Positions 18,649-30,484 of a stretch of 64,000 nt of DNA are shown here, piece by piece. The DNA is from Ramlibacter sp. (GTDB taxonomy: Bacteria > Pseudomonadota > Gammaproteobacteria > Burkholderiales > Burkholderiaceae_C): contig NZ_JAKFCM010000018.1 in the NCBI RefSeq assembly GCF_036676645.1, positions 5,680 to 69,679 on the forward strand, in the 5' to 3' direction. Every line of letters begins with the position of its first letter. Within the stretch, counting starts at the first letter, position 1. The notes beneath the pieces were generated by a model. It made no database searches. It was not told the DNA's origin and saw only the letters and a program-made list of their open reading frames with translations. Both the position numbers and the translations under genes were made by a program.

Positions 18649-19665
18649 ATGCCCGCCAACCGCCAGGTCCTGCTGGACAACCGCCCGAAGGGCGAAGCCA
18701 CGGTCGACAACTTCAAGCTGGTGAGCAGCCAGACGCCACCGCTGCAGGACGGGCAGGTGCTGGTGCGCCATCACTACCTCAGCCTCGATCCCTACATGCG
18801 CGGCCGCATGAACGAAGGCAGGAGCTACGCGCAGCCGCAGCCGCTGGGCGAGGTGATGATCGGGGGCACCGTGGGCGAGGTGGTGGAGAGCCGCCATCCG
18901 AAGTACCAGCCCGGCGACCAGGTCCAGGGCATGGGGGGCTGGCAGGAGTACAGCGTGGTGGATGCCGGCCAGCCCGGCGCCCTGCGCAAGCTCGATACGA
19001 CCCGCGTGCCGCTGTCGCATCACCTCGGCGCGGTGGGCATGCCCGGCGTGACGGGCTGGTACGGGCTGGTGAAGATCATCGAGCCCAGGGCCGGGCAGAC
19101 CATTGCCGTCAGCGCCGCCAGCGGCGCCGTGGGCAGCGCGGTCGGCGTGCTGGCCAAGGCACGCGGCTGCCGCGCCGTGGGCATCGCCGGCGGGCCGGAC
19201 AAGTGCCGCTACGTCACCGAGGATCTGGGCTTCGATGCCTGCATCGACTACAAGCAGCACGCCGACGCCGCATCGCTGTCCCGCGCGCTCAGGCAGGCCT
19301 GCCCGGACGGCATCGATGGCTATTTCGAGAACGTCGGCGGCATGGTCATGGACGCAGTGATGCTGCGCATGAACGCCTTCTCGCGCATCGCGCTGTGCGG
19401 CATGATCTCGGGCTACGACGGCCGGCCGATCCCGATGTCCTACCCCCAGCTGATGCTCACCAACCGCATGCGGGTCGAAGGCTTCATCGTGAGCGAGCAC
19501 ATGGAAGTCTGGCCGGACGCGCTGAAGGAACTGGGCGAGCTGGTGGGCAGCGGCAGGCTGCGTCCGCGCGAGACCGTCGCGCAGGGGCTGGAGTCGGCGC
19601 CCGAGGCCTTCCTGGGGTTGCTGCGCGGGCGCAACTTCGGCAAGCAGCTGGTCAAGCTCGTGTGA
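18649..19665 (+). CDS. NADP-dependent oxidoreductase (medium-chain dehydrogenase/reductase, alkenal/enone reductase-like)
   Basis: 338 aa with an AASGAVGSAVG nucleotide-binding motif. The N-terminal FKLV..P..G.VLV pattern is as in YncB/CurA/PTGR-type enzymes. Confidence 0.8.
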   Translation: MPANRQVLLDNRPKGEATVDNFKLVSSQTPPLQDGQVLVRHHYLSLDPYMRGRMNEGRSYAQPQPLGEVMIGGTVGEVVESRHPKYQPGDQVQGMGGWQEYSVVDAGQPGALRKLDTTRVPLSHHLGAVGMPGVTGWYGLVKIIEPRAGQTIAVSAASGAVGSAVGVLAKARGCRAVGIAGGPDKCRYVTEDLGFDACIDYKQHADAASLSRALRQACPDGIDGYFENVGGMVMDAVMLRMNAFSRIALCGMISGYDGRPIPMSYPQLMLTNRMRVEGFIVSEHMEVWPDALKELGELVGSGRLRPRETVAQGLESAPEAFLGLLRGRNFGKQLVKLV

Positions 19666-19679
19666 AGGAGGCGGGCGCC

Positions 19680-20714
19680 GTGCAGCCGCGCAAGGGCGAG
19701 GAGCGGGAGGACCTGCGACCCGGCTCGCGCAACGCGCAGGCTCGCCGCCTGCTCACGCCGCAAGAGCTGGCGCCGCTGACGCGGCTGTCGTCCTGGCGCT
19801 CGGCGCTGTCGATCGCGCACACCTTCGGGCTGGTCGCCTTCGCCCTGGCGCTGGCCATCGCGACCTGGCCGGGCGCGTGGATGCTGCTGTCCATCGTGGT
19901 GATCGGCATCGCCCAGCACGGCCTGTTCATCCTGGCGCACGAAGCCGCGCACTACCGGCTGTTTCCCGGCCGGGCCGCCAACGACTTCTTCGGCCGGCTG
20001 ATCGGCATGGTGGGCGGCGTGTCCATGTGCACCTACCGCGTCACGCACCGGCTGCACCACAACAACCTGTACACGGAGGAAGACCCGGACACCGCCATCC
20101 ACGGCGGCTACCCGCGCGGCAAGGCGTACCTGCTCAGGAAGCTGGCGCGCGACCTGGCGGGGCTGAACGCCTGGAAGACCTTTGCCTATTTCTTCGGTGC
20201 GCCGGCGATCAACGACGACACGAAACGCGAGATCCGGCCGCTGGACGACACCTCGCCGGAGCTGCGCGCCGCGGCCCGGCGCGACCGCCTGTGGGTGGCG
20301 GGCTTCCACGTGGCGGCCCCGGCCCTGGCCCTGGCCCTGGTGGGGGCGGGCTGGCGCGGCCTGGCGATGTATCTCGTGCTGTGGGTCGTGCCGCTGGTCA
20401 CGGTGCTGCAGCCCATCCTGCGCCTGCGCGCCATCTGCGAGCACGGCGCCGCCGGCGACCTGAGCTCGCCCCTGACCGCGGCGCGCACCAGCCGCACGGT
20501 GGGCTCCTGGCCCAATCGGCTGGCCCGGCTGGTGCTGTTCCCGCACCACGTGAACTACCACGTGGAGCACCACCTCTACCCCGCAGTGCCGCACTACCAC
20601 CTGCCGGCCTTGCACCGCCTGTTGCAGGACAAGGGCGCGCTGGATGCGGCCGAGGTGCGCGATTTCACGGATACCTGGCACCTGGTGTTCGCCGCCAGGA
20701 GGTCCGATGGCTGA
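19680..20714 (+). CDS. Membrane fatty-acid desaturase family protein
   Basis: Histidine boxes HEAAH, HRLHH and HVEHH, plus TM segments. GTG 19680 is preceded by AAGGAGG (19665-19671); GTG 19662 is an alternative start. It lies in frame inside the longer ORF 19203..20714. Confidence 0.8.
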   Translation: MQPRKGEEREDLRPGSRNAQARRLLTPQELAPLTRLSSWRSALSIAHTFGLVAFALALAIATWPGAWMLLSIVVIGIAQHGLFILAHEAAHYRLFPGRAANDFFGRLIGMVGGVSMCTYRVTHRLHHNNLYTEEDPDTAIHGGYPRGKAYLLRKLARDLAGLNAWKTFAYFFGAPAINDDTKREIRPLDDTSPELRAAARRDRLWVAGFHVAAPALALALVGAGWRGLAMYLVLWVVPLVTVLQPILRLRAICEHGAAGDLSSPLTAARTSRTVGSWPNRLARLVLFPHHVNYHVEHHLYPAVPHYHLPALHRLLQDKGALDAAEVRDFTDTWHLVFAARRSDG

Positions 20715-20729
20715 AGACAAGGACACCGG

Positions 20730-21677
20730 ATGACCGAGCTGATCCTGCACCACTACCCGGAATCGCCCTTCGCCGAGAAGGTCCGCCTGGTCCTGGGGCA
20801 CAAGAAGCTGGCCTGGAAGTCGGTGCACATCCCCGCCGTGATGCCCAAGCCGGACGTGGTGGCCCTCACGGGCGGCTACCGCAAGACGCCCCTGCTGCAG
20901 GTCGGCGCCGACGTGTACTGCGACACGGCCCTGATTGCCGACGTGCTGGAACACGTGCAGCCCGAGCCGGCGCTGTACCCCGCGCACCTCAAGGGCGTGG
21001 CGCGCGTGTTCGCGCAGTGGGCCGACAGCACACTGTTCTGGGCCTCCATGACCTACAGCATCCAGCCCCGGTCGATGGCGCAGGTGTTCTCCAGCGGCGA
21101 GGCGGGGCAGGCGTTCGCGGCCGACCGGAAGGCCATGCGCACCAACATGACGCATTTGCGCCTTGGAGACGCCACTTCGGCCTACCGCTCCTACCTGCGG
21201 CGGCTGGCCCACATGGCCGACGAGCACGATTTCCTGTTCGGGTCCGAGGCCTGCGTGGCCGATTTCGCGGCCTACCACCCGCTCTGGTTCACGCGCACGC
21301 GCACGCCGGCGGTGGCCGACATCCTGCAGCCCACCCCCTCGCTGCTCGAGTGGATGGAGCGAGTGTCCTCGGTCGGCCACGGCCGCTTCGAGCCCCTGGA
21401 TGCCGCCGATGCCGTCGAGGTGGCGCGCCGCGCCGATCCGGAGCCGGCCGGCCGCAACCTGCTGGTCGACAGCGCCTTCCAGGACGACCACGGCATCCCG
21501 CTGGGCAGCCGGGTGACCGTCTCGGCCGAGTCCTTCGGCCCCGAGGCCACCGAAGGCGAATTGATCGCCGCCACCCGCACCCACTACAGCCTGCGCCGCG
21601 AGGACCCGCGCGCCGGCACCGTCCACGTCCATTTCCCGCGCGTCGGGTACGTCCTGAGAAAGGCAGAAACGGCATGA
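20730..21677 (+). CDS. Glutathione S-transferase family protein
   Basis: 315 aa with an N-terminal thioredoxin-like GST pattern (LHHYPESPFAEKVRLVL, KTPLLQ). Confidence 0.7.
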   Translation: MTELILHHYPESPFAEKVRLVLGHKKLAWKSVHIPAVMPKPDVVALTGGYRKTPLLQVGADVYCDTALIADVLEHVQPEPALYPAHLKGVARVFAQWADSTLFWASMTYSIQPRSMAQVFSSGEAGQAFAADRKAMRTNMTHLRLGDATSAYRSYLRRLAHMADEHDFLFGSEACVADFAAYHPLWFTRTRTPAVADILQPTPSLLEWMERVSSVGHGRFEPLDAADAVEVARRADPEPAGRNLLVDSAFQDDHGIPLGSRVTVSAESFGPEATEGELIAATRTHYSLRREDPRAGTVHVHFPRVGYVLRKAETA

Positions 21678-22579
21678 TCGACGACTTCAAGGGCAAGACC
21701 GCCGTGCTGACCGGTGCCGGTTCCGGCTTCGGGCTGGAGTGCTCGCGCATCGCGGCGCGGCTGGGCATGAACCTGGTGCTGGCCGACGTGCAGCAGGACG
21801 CGCTGGACCGCGCGCGAGCCGAGATGGAACAGGCGGGCGCGCCGGTGCTGGCCCGCCGCGTGGACGTCTCCAGGGCCGCCGAGATGGAGGCATTTGCGCA
21901 GGCGGTGCAGGAGCGCTTCGGCGCGCCACACTTCGTCTTCAACAACGCAGGCGTCGGGGCCGGCGGGCTGCTGTGGGAGAACAGCGTTGCCGACTGGGAG
22001 TGGGTGCTGGGCGTCAACCTGTGGGGCGTGGTGCACGGGGTGCGCCTGTTCACGCCCATGATGTTGGCGGCCGCCAGGGCCGACCCCGCCTGGCGTGGCC
22101 ACATCGTCAACACCGCCAGCATGGCCGGCCTGCTGACGCCGCCCAACATGGGCATCTACAACGTCAGCAAGCACGCCGTGGTGGCGCTCACCGAGACCCT
22201 GTACCAGGACCTGCGCCTGGTCACCGACCAGGTCGGCGCCAGCGTGCTGTGCCCGTACTTCGTGCCGACCGGGATCCACCAGAGCGAGCGCAACCGCCCC
22301 GGCGAACTGGCGCCGGGCCAGCCGACCCGCAGCCAGCTGATCGGGCAGGCGATGAGCGACAAGGCGGTCAGCTCGGGCAAGGTCACGGCGGCCGAAGTGG
22401 CGCAGAAGGTGTTCGACGCGATCGCCACGGACCGGTTCTACGTCTTCAGCCATCCCAAGGCGCTGGGCAACGTGCGCAGCCGCATGGAGGCCATCGTGGA
22501 CATCCGCAACCCACCCGATCCGTTCCTGGAGCGCCCCGACGTGGGCGTGCAGTTGCGCAGGGCGCTGCGGGAGGATTGA
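21674..22579 (+). CDS. SDR-family oxidoreductase
   Basis: ATG 21674 overlaps the upstream stop. Motifs are TGAGSGFG, NNAG and YNVSK. It lies in frame within artefactual ORF 19877..22579. Confidence 0.85.
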   Translation: MIDDFKGKTAVLTGAGSGFGLECSRIAARLGMNLVLADVQQDALDRARAEMEQAGAPVLARRVDVSRAAEMEAFAQAVQERFGAPHFVFNNAGVGAGGLLWENSVADWEWVLGVNLWGVVHGVRLFTPMMLAAARADPAWRGHIVNTASMAGLLTPPNMGIYNVSKHAVVALTETLYQDLRLVTDQVGASVLCPYFVPTGIHQSERNRPGELAPGQPTRSQLIGQAMSDKAVSSGKVTAAEVAQKVFDAIATDRFYVFSHPKALGNVRSRMEAIVDIRNPPDPFLERPDVGVQLRRALRED

Positions 22580-22588
22580 GGGCAGGGC

Positions 22589-23140
22589 ATGGCCGCCGCC
22601 GCCGGTTGCTGCCTGTTCGACACGGCGATCGGCCGCTGCGGCATCGCCTGGCTGGCCGACGGCACCATCGACGCCGTGCAGTTGCCGGAGACGACCGACG
22701 CGCGGACGCTGGCCCGCATGCGGCGCTGGTGCGGCCCGGCCGGCGTCGCGCAGCCGCCGGCCCGTGTCGCGGCGGTGATGGCGCGCGTCCAGGCCCTGTT
22801 GCGGGGCGAGCGCGACGCGATGCTGGACGTCCCGCTGGACTACGACGGCGTGCCGCCCTTCCAGCAGCGCGTCTACGAGCTGGCCCGCGCGATACCGCCG
22901 GGGCAGGTGCGCACCTATGGGGAGCTGGCGCGCGAACTGGGCGAGCCGCGGGCGGCCCGCGCAGTGGGTCAGGCGCTGGGGGCCAATCCCTTCGCCCCCA
23001 TCGTGCCCTGCCACCGCATCCTCGCCGCGCATGGCGGCAGCGGTGGCTTCTCGGCCGAGGGCGGCACGCGCACCAAGCTGCGGATGCTGGAAATCGAGGG
23101 CGCCCCGCTCGGGCCGGACGGGCCGGGGTTGTTCGACTAG
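22589..23140 (+). CDS. ogt: Methylated-DNA--protein-cysteine S-methyltransferase
   Basis: 183 aa with active-site motif IVPCHRI and a preceding helix-turn-helix region (TYGELA). Confidence 0.85.
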   Translation: MAAAAGCCLFDTAIGRCGIAWLADGTIDAVQLPETTDARTLARMRRWCGPAGVAQPPARVAAVMARVQALLRGERDAMLDVPLDYDGVPPFQQRVYELARAIPPGQVRTYGELARELGEPRAARAVGQALGANPFAPIVPCHRILAAHGGSGGFSAEGGTRTKLRMLEIEGAPLGPDGPGLFD

Positions 23141-23179
23141 CGGCGTGTCGTGCGGGGGCCTGGCCCGCCCAGGGCAGGG

Positions 23180-23764
23180 CTATCGCCCGTGCGGCGCGTG
23201 CACGGGTTCGGGCTCGACCACCCGACCCTGCGGGGCGTAATCGGCCCGTCCGGGCATCGCCGGCTCGACGCGCTCCACGCGTTCGACCCGCGGCCCGCCG
23301 CTGTCCAGCCGCCGCTCGAGCTCACCCAGGCGCGAGGTCAGCAGGTGGTACATCTGCTCCAGCTGGTTGCGCAATTCGCGATGGTGCTGCGAGAGCGTCT
23401 TGTCGAGCTCGACGTTGGCCGTCTGCTCGCGCTGGCGCGTCTCGCGCAAGTGGTTGTCCAGCAGGCCGCGCAGGTCCGTGAAGCGCGAGGCCTCGGCCTT
23501 GTCCGCCAGGTCCCGTTGCGCCTGCAGCTGCTTGGCATGCTGGCGCGACTCCATCAGGCTGTTCGTCCGCATGGAGGCGGCGCTGGCCAGGAACACCAGC
23601 AGGGTCAGGCCCAGCAGCGTCAGCAGGATCAGGCCGAGCGGCGCGGTGGCCTGCACCACGCCGAAGGTCAGCTGCGTGGGCTGGGTGATCTGGGACCAGT
23701 TCTGGGCGGCAAAGCCGGCCACCACGAGGATGGCGAGCGTCAGGAGCAGCATTCGGGCGCGCAT
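23180..23764 (-). CDS. LapA-domain-like inner-membrane protein with coiled-coil tail
   Basis: Start chosen at MRARMLLL (ATG 23764) with SD GGGAGA. Two N-terminal TM helices are followed by a Q/R/E-rich helical region. The longer ORF extending to 24022 is rejected. Confidence 0.6.
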   Translation of the reverse strand: MRARMLLLTLAILVVAGFAAQNWSQITQPTQLTFGVVQATAPLGLILLTLLGLTLLVFLASAASMRTNSLMESRQHAKQLQAQRDLADKAEASRFTDLRGLLDNHLRETRQREQTANVELDKTLSQHHRELRNQLEQMYHLLTSRLGELERRLDSGGPRVERVERVEPAMPGRADYAPQGRVVEPEPVHAPHGR

Positions 23765-23918
23765 CGTGTTCTCCCGTGCAAAGGATGGGCAAAAGGCCGA
23801 AGGGGATCGACTGCATTCTCGGAAGAGCCCGGCCCCCGCGGCTGTCAGCCACAACCCCGAATCGCTGTGCGGACCCTGTGGCAAACTCGCGCTCCGCCCG
23901 GAAGCCCCAGCAGTACCC

Positions 23919-26240
<2,322 letters not shown>

Positions 26241-26244
26241 GCCC

Positions 26245-27336
26245 ATGGCGCGCGCCCTCCGCCTGTACGCCGGCCCGCGGGCGCGCCGCCACGTCGGGCA
26301 GCACGGCCTGGGGCCGCAGGACGTCAGCGTGGTGCCGGGCGCAGCGGGCGGACCCAAGGGGCTCATCCTCGGTCCGCTGGACCGCTTCCTCTTCGGCGAG
26401 TGGCTGCCGCAGTCGCGGCAGCCGGTGCACCTGGTCGGGGCCTCGATCGGCGCCTGGCGCATGGCCACCGCCTGCCTTCATGATCCCGTGGCCGCCTTCG
26501 AACGCCTGGAGCGCGACTACATCGCGCAGGACTACGTGCTGGAGCCGGGCCGCAAGACGCCGACCGCACGCCACGTCAGCGAACGGTTCGCCGCCAACCT
26601 GGTCGACTTCTATGGCGGGCGGGTGCGGCAGGTGCTGGACCACCCGCGCTACCGCGTGCACATCGTCACGGCGCGCGGCCGCCACGTGCTGTCGCGCGAG
26701 CACCGCTGGGGGACGCCGCTGGGTTACCTGGGCGCCTGGCTGTCCAACGGCCTGCACCGGCGCGCCCTGTGCGCCTGGCTGGAACGGGTGGTGTTCTCCT
26801 CCGGGCCGGCCCCCGGCGCGCTGAGCCTGCCCTTCGACGACCAGGACTACCGCACGCGGCAGGTGCACCTGACCGAGGCCAACTTCGACCTGGCACTGCA
26901 GGCGAGCTGCTCCATCCCCTTCCTGCTGCAGGCCGTCCACGACATTCCCGGCGCGCCCCCGGGTGCGTACTGGGACGGCGGCATCACCGACTACCACCTG
27001 CACCTGAACTACGCCGCGGCCCACCCGCAGGGGCTGGTGCTCTATCCGCATTTCCAGAAGGCGGTGGTGCCCGGCTGGCTGGACAAGACCTGGCGCTGGC
27101 GGCACGGCGCGACGGCGTTCCTGGACAACACCCTCGTGCTGGCGCCCGATCCGCGGTGGGTGCAGGGGCTGCCCAACGGCAAGCTGCCGGACCGCACCGA
27201 CTTCACGCGCTACGGCACCGACCTGGCCGCACGGATGAAGGTGTGGCAGGCGGCGGCGGCGGCGAGCCGGCAGCTGGCGGACGAATTCGCGCAGTGGCTG
27301 GAGCGGCCGGACCCGGGGCGGGTGGAGGCGTTGTAA
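26245..27336 (+). CDS. Patatin-like phospholipase family protein
   Basis: 363 aa with the GxSxG nucleophile elbow (GASIGA) and a later DGG motif (WDGGITD). Confidence 0.7.
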   Translation: MARALRLYAGPRARRHVGQHGLGPQDVSVVPGAAGGPKGLILGPLDRFLFGEWLPQSRQPVHLVGASIGAWRMATACLHDPVAAFERLERDYIAQDYVLEPGRKTPTARHVSERFAANLVDFYGGRVRQVLDHPRYRVHIVTARGRHVLSREHRWGTPLGYLGAWLSNGLHRRALCAWLERVVFSSGPAPGALSLPFDDQDYRTRQVHLTEANFDLALQASCSIPFLLQAVHDIPGAPPGAYWDGGITDYHLHLNYAAAHPQGLVLYPHFQKAVVPGWLDKTWRWRHGATAFLDNTLVLAPDPRWVQGLPNGKLPDRTDFTRYGTDLAARMKVWQAAAAASRQLADEFAQWLERPDPGRVEAL

Positions 27337-27347
27337 GCCTCGGCTGC

Positions 27348-28484
27348 CTACATCGAAGCCGCCAGCATCTCCTCGTAGTCCTGGACGCTGGCGATGCGCG
27401 GATTCGTCTTGTGGCAGTGGTCGGCCAGGGCGCCTTCGATGACCTTGCCGAACGACCCGCGCTGGACGCCCATCGCGGCCAGGCCCTTGGGCAGGCCCAG
27501 GCGCGCATTCATGTCGCGGATCGCTTCGGGAATGTCGTTGCCGCCGGACAGCCCCATGGCGCGCGCCATGCGGTCCAGCCGCCGGTCCTTGCGCACCGAT
27601 TCGGCCTGCGCGTTGAAGCGGACCACCGCCGGCAGGAACATGGCGTTGAGCGTGCCGTGGTGCAGGCGCGGATCGACGCCGCCCAGGCTGTGGCTGAGCG
27701 AGTGCACGCAGCCCAGTCCCTTCTGGAACGCCATCGCGCCCTGCATGGAGGCGCTCATCAGGTTCAGCCGGGCCTCGCGGTCGCTGCCGTCGCGGGTGGC
27801 GCGCTCGATGTGCGACCAGCCGCGCTCCAGTCCGTCGAGCGCGATGCCGTCGGCCGGCGGGTTGAAGGCCGCCGACATGAAGGTCTCCATGCAGTGCGCG
27901 ATGGCGTCCATGCCGGTGGCGGCGGTGAGCTTCGGCGGCAGCCCCAGCGTGAGTTCGGGGTCGCAGATGGCGGCCTTGGGCAGCAGGTTCCAGGAGTGGA
28001 AGCCGAGCTTGCGGTGGTCGTCCACGATGATGATCGCGCCGCGCGCCACTTCGCTGCCGGTGCCGCTGGTGGTGGGCACCGCGATCAGCGGCGCGGCCTT
28101 GTCGGTGATGCGGGTCGAGCCGCCCTCGATGGTGGCGTAGCGGGTGAGCGGGCCCTCGTGGGTGGCCGCGATGGCCACGCCCTTGGCGCAGTCGATGGCC
28201 GAACCGCCGCCGACGGCGACCAGGCCGTCGCAGCGGTTGTCGCGATAGACCTGCACGGCGGCGCGCACCGCCGCCTCGGTCGGATTGGAAGGCGTCTGGT
28301 CGAACACCGCATGCGGCAGACCCTGCAAGGCATCGATGGCCTTCTGCAGCACGCCCGCGGCCTTCACGCCGGGGTCGGTGACGATCAGCGGGCGGGTGAT
28401 GCCCACGCGCTGGCATTCCTCCTTGAGCAGGCGCACGGCGCCGAAATCGAACTGGACTTGGGTCAGGTAGTAGATCAGGGCCAT
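27348..28484 (-). CDS. Iron-containing (group III) alcohol dehydrogenase
   Basis: 378 aa with motifs GGGSAIDCAKG and the His-rich metal site (HCMETF, HSLSH). Confidence 0.85.
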   Translation of the reverse strand: MALIYYLTQVQFDFGAVRLLKEECQRVGITRPLIVTDPGVKAAGVLQKAIDALQGLPHAVFDQTPSNPTEAAVRAAVQVYRDNRCDGLVAVGGGSAIDCAKGVAIAATHEGPLTRYATIEGGSTRITDKAAPLIAVPTTSGTGSEVARGAIIIVDDHRKLGFHSWNLLPKAAICDPELTLGLPPKLTAATGMDAIAHCMETFMSAAFNPPADGIALDGLERGWSHIERATRDGSDREARLNLMSASMQGAMAFQKGLGCVHSLSHSLGGVDPRLHHGTLNAMFLPAVVRFNAQAESVRKDRRLDRMARAMGLSGGNDIPEAIRDMNARLGLPKGLAAMGVQRGSFGKVIEGALADHCHKTNPRIASVQDYEEMLAASM

Positions 28485-28651
28485 GGCAGGGTCGGTCGTA
28501 AGATGACTCTTCCCACTTTAGCCCAGAGGAGCTGACGCATGCATGGGCGCTTCCGTCCCCTTGTCGCGCTCGTGGTCGGGACGGGGGCGCTCGCGCGCCC
28601 GCGCTGCGCCGCCCGCCTGCCGGATGCGCAGCCGGCCAGCATCCGAACCCC

Positions 28652-29608
28652 GTGAGCTTCCTGCCCGAATACCCGGAACTGACCCCGACGATGCGCTCGG
28701 TGCTCGAGCGCATGGCGCGGGTGCGGCGCGAGCCGCTGCACCTGCAGACGCCCCGGCAGGCGCGCGCCGCGTACGAAGGCTCGGCCGACGTGCTGGAGGT
28801 GCCGCGCCGCCCGCTGGGCCGCATCGAGGACGTGACCCTGCCGGCACGGGATGGATTCCGCCTGCCGGCCCGCATCTACCAGGCCGACGACCGCAGCCGC
28901 GGCGTGCTGCTGTACCTGCACGGCGGCGGCTTCACCATCGGCAGCGTGGACACGCACGACATCCTGTGCCGCGAGCTGGCCGCAGGGGCCGGCTGCGCGG
29001 TGGTGTCGCTCGGCTACCGGCTCGCGCCGGAGCATCGCTTTCCGGTTGCGGTGGAAGACACCTGGGATGCGTTGCAGTGGATCGCGGACCGGCGCGCCGG
29101 GTTCGGCTGGAGTGCCGCCGAGCCGATCGCAGTGGGCGGCGACAGCGCCGGTGGCACGCTGGCGACGGTGGCGGCGCTGCATGCGCGCGACCTGGGCCTG
29201 CCCTTGTCGCTGCAGCTGCTGTTCTACCCGGGCACCGCGGCGCGGCAGGACAGCGGTTCGCACCGCCGCTACCAGCAGGGGCTGGTGCTGGAGCAGTCCC
29301 ACATCGACTATTTCTTCGGCCATTACATAGCCCTGGACCTGCGCGAGGACTGGCGCTTCGCGCCGCTGAATGCGCCGGACGTGGACGGGGTCGCGCCGGC
29401 CTGGATCGGCCTGGCCGGCTGCGACCCGCTGTTCGACGAAGGGATCGCGTACGGCGATAAACTTCGCCTCGCCGGGGTGGCCGTCGAGCTGGAGGTCTGG
29501 CCCGGCGTCACCCACGAGTTCATCAAGATGGGGCGGGCGCTGCCCGAGGCCCGGCAGGCCCATGCGGCGGCCGCCCGCGCCCTGGCCCAAGCCTTCCGCA
29601 CGCCATGA
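28652..29608 (+). CDS. Alpha/beta-hydrolase esterase/lipase (HSL family IV)
   Basis: 318 aa with oxyanion motif HGGGF and nucleophile GDSAGG. GTG start. Confidence 0.8.
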   Translation: MSFLPEYPELTPTMRSVLERMARVRREPLHLQTPRQARAAYEGSADVLEVPRRPLGRIEDVTLPARDGFRLPARIYQADDRSRGVLLYLHGGGFTIGSVDTHDILCRELAAGAGCAVVSLGYRLAPEHRFPVAVEDTWDALQWIADRRAGFGWSAAEPIAVGGDSAGGTLATVAALHARDLGLPLSLQLLFYPGTAARQDSGSHRRYQQGLVLEQSHIDYFFGHYIALDLREDWRFAPLNAPDVDGVAPAWIGLAGCDPLFDEGIAYGDKLRLAGVAVELEVWPGVTHEFIKMGRALPEARQAHAAAARALAQAFRTP

Positions 29609-30477
29609 AACGAGACGACTTCCGCTTCTTCCACCGCCTGCGCGTGCGCTGGGCCGAGGTGGACATGCAAAGGATCGTGTTCAACGCGCACTACCTGATG
29701 TACTTCGACACCGCGGTGGCCGACTACTGGCGCGCGCTGGCCTTGCCTTACGAGCAGGCCATGCACCAGCTCGGCGGCGACCTGTACGTCAAGAAGGCGA
29801 CGGTGGAATTCAATGCTTCGGCGCGCATGGACGACCAGCTCGACGTCGGCCTGCGCTGCGGGCGCATCGGCAATTCATCCATGCTGTTCGAGGGCGCGAT
29901 CTTCCGCGGCGAGCAGCTGCTGATCACCTGCGAGCTGGTCTACGTGTTCGCCGATCCGGCCACCCAGACGTCGCTGCCGGTACCGCCGAAGCTGCGCGAG
30001 ATCCTCGGCGGCTTCGAGGCCGGCGAGCCGGTGGTGCAGGTGCGCACCGGATCGTGGCCGGCGCTCGGCGCCGACGCCCGCGCCGTCCGCACCCGCGTGT
30101 TCGTCGAGGAGCAGCGCATCCCGGCCGAGATGGAGTGGGACGAAGCGGACCAGGCTGCCCTGCATGCCGTGGCCTACAACCGGCTGGGGCAGGCGGTCGC
30201 GACCGGCCGCCTGCTCCAGCCCGAACCGGGCGTGGCCCGGATCGGCCGCATGGCCGTGCTGCAGGTGCTGCGCGGTTCGGGCGTCGGGCAGCAGGTGCTG
30301 CACGCACTGCTCGACGCCGCCGCGCAGCGCGGCGACCGTCGTGCGGTCCTGCACGCGCAGCGCACGGCCCAGGGCTTCTATGGGCGCCTGGGCTTCCACC
30401 CCGAGGGCGAACCCTTCGACGAAGCGGGCATTCCGCACATCGGGATGGCGGCGGCGCTGCCGCTGGCGGTGCGCTGA
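29605..30477 (+). CDS. Fusion of YbgC/FadM-type acyl-CoA thioesterase (N-terminal) and GNAT acetyltransferase (C-terminal)
   Basis: 290 aa. The N-terminal hotdog pattern is VRWAEVDMQRIVFNAHYLMYFD. The C-terminal GNAT motif A region is RMAVLQVLRGSGVGQQVL. Confidence 0.75.
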   Translation: MKRDDFRFFHRLRVRWAEVDMQRIVFNAHYLMYFDTAVADYWRALALPYEQAMHQLGGDLYVKKATVEFNASARMDDQLDVGLRCGRIGNSSMLFEGAIFRGEQLLITCELVYVFADPATQTSLPVPPKLREILGGFEAGEPVVQVRTGSWPALGADARAVRTRVFVEEQRIPAEMEWDEADQAALHAVAYNRLGQAVATGRLLQPEPGVARIGRMAVLQVLRGSGVGQQVLHALLDAAAQRGDRRAVLHAQRTAQGFYGRLGFHPEGEPFDEAGIPHIGMAAALPLAVR

Positions 30478-30484
30478 TCGCCGG

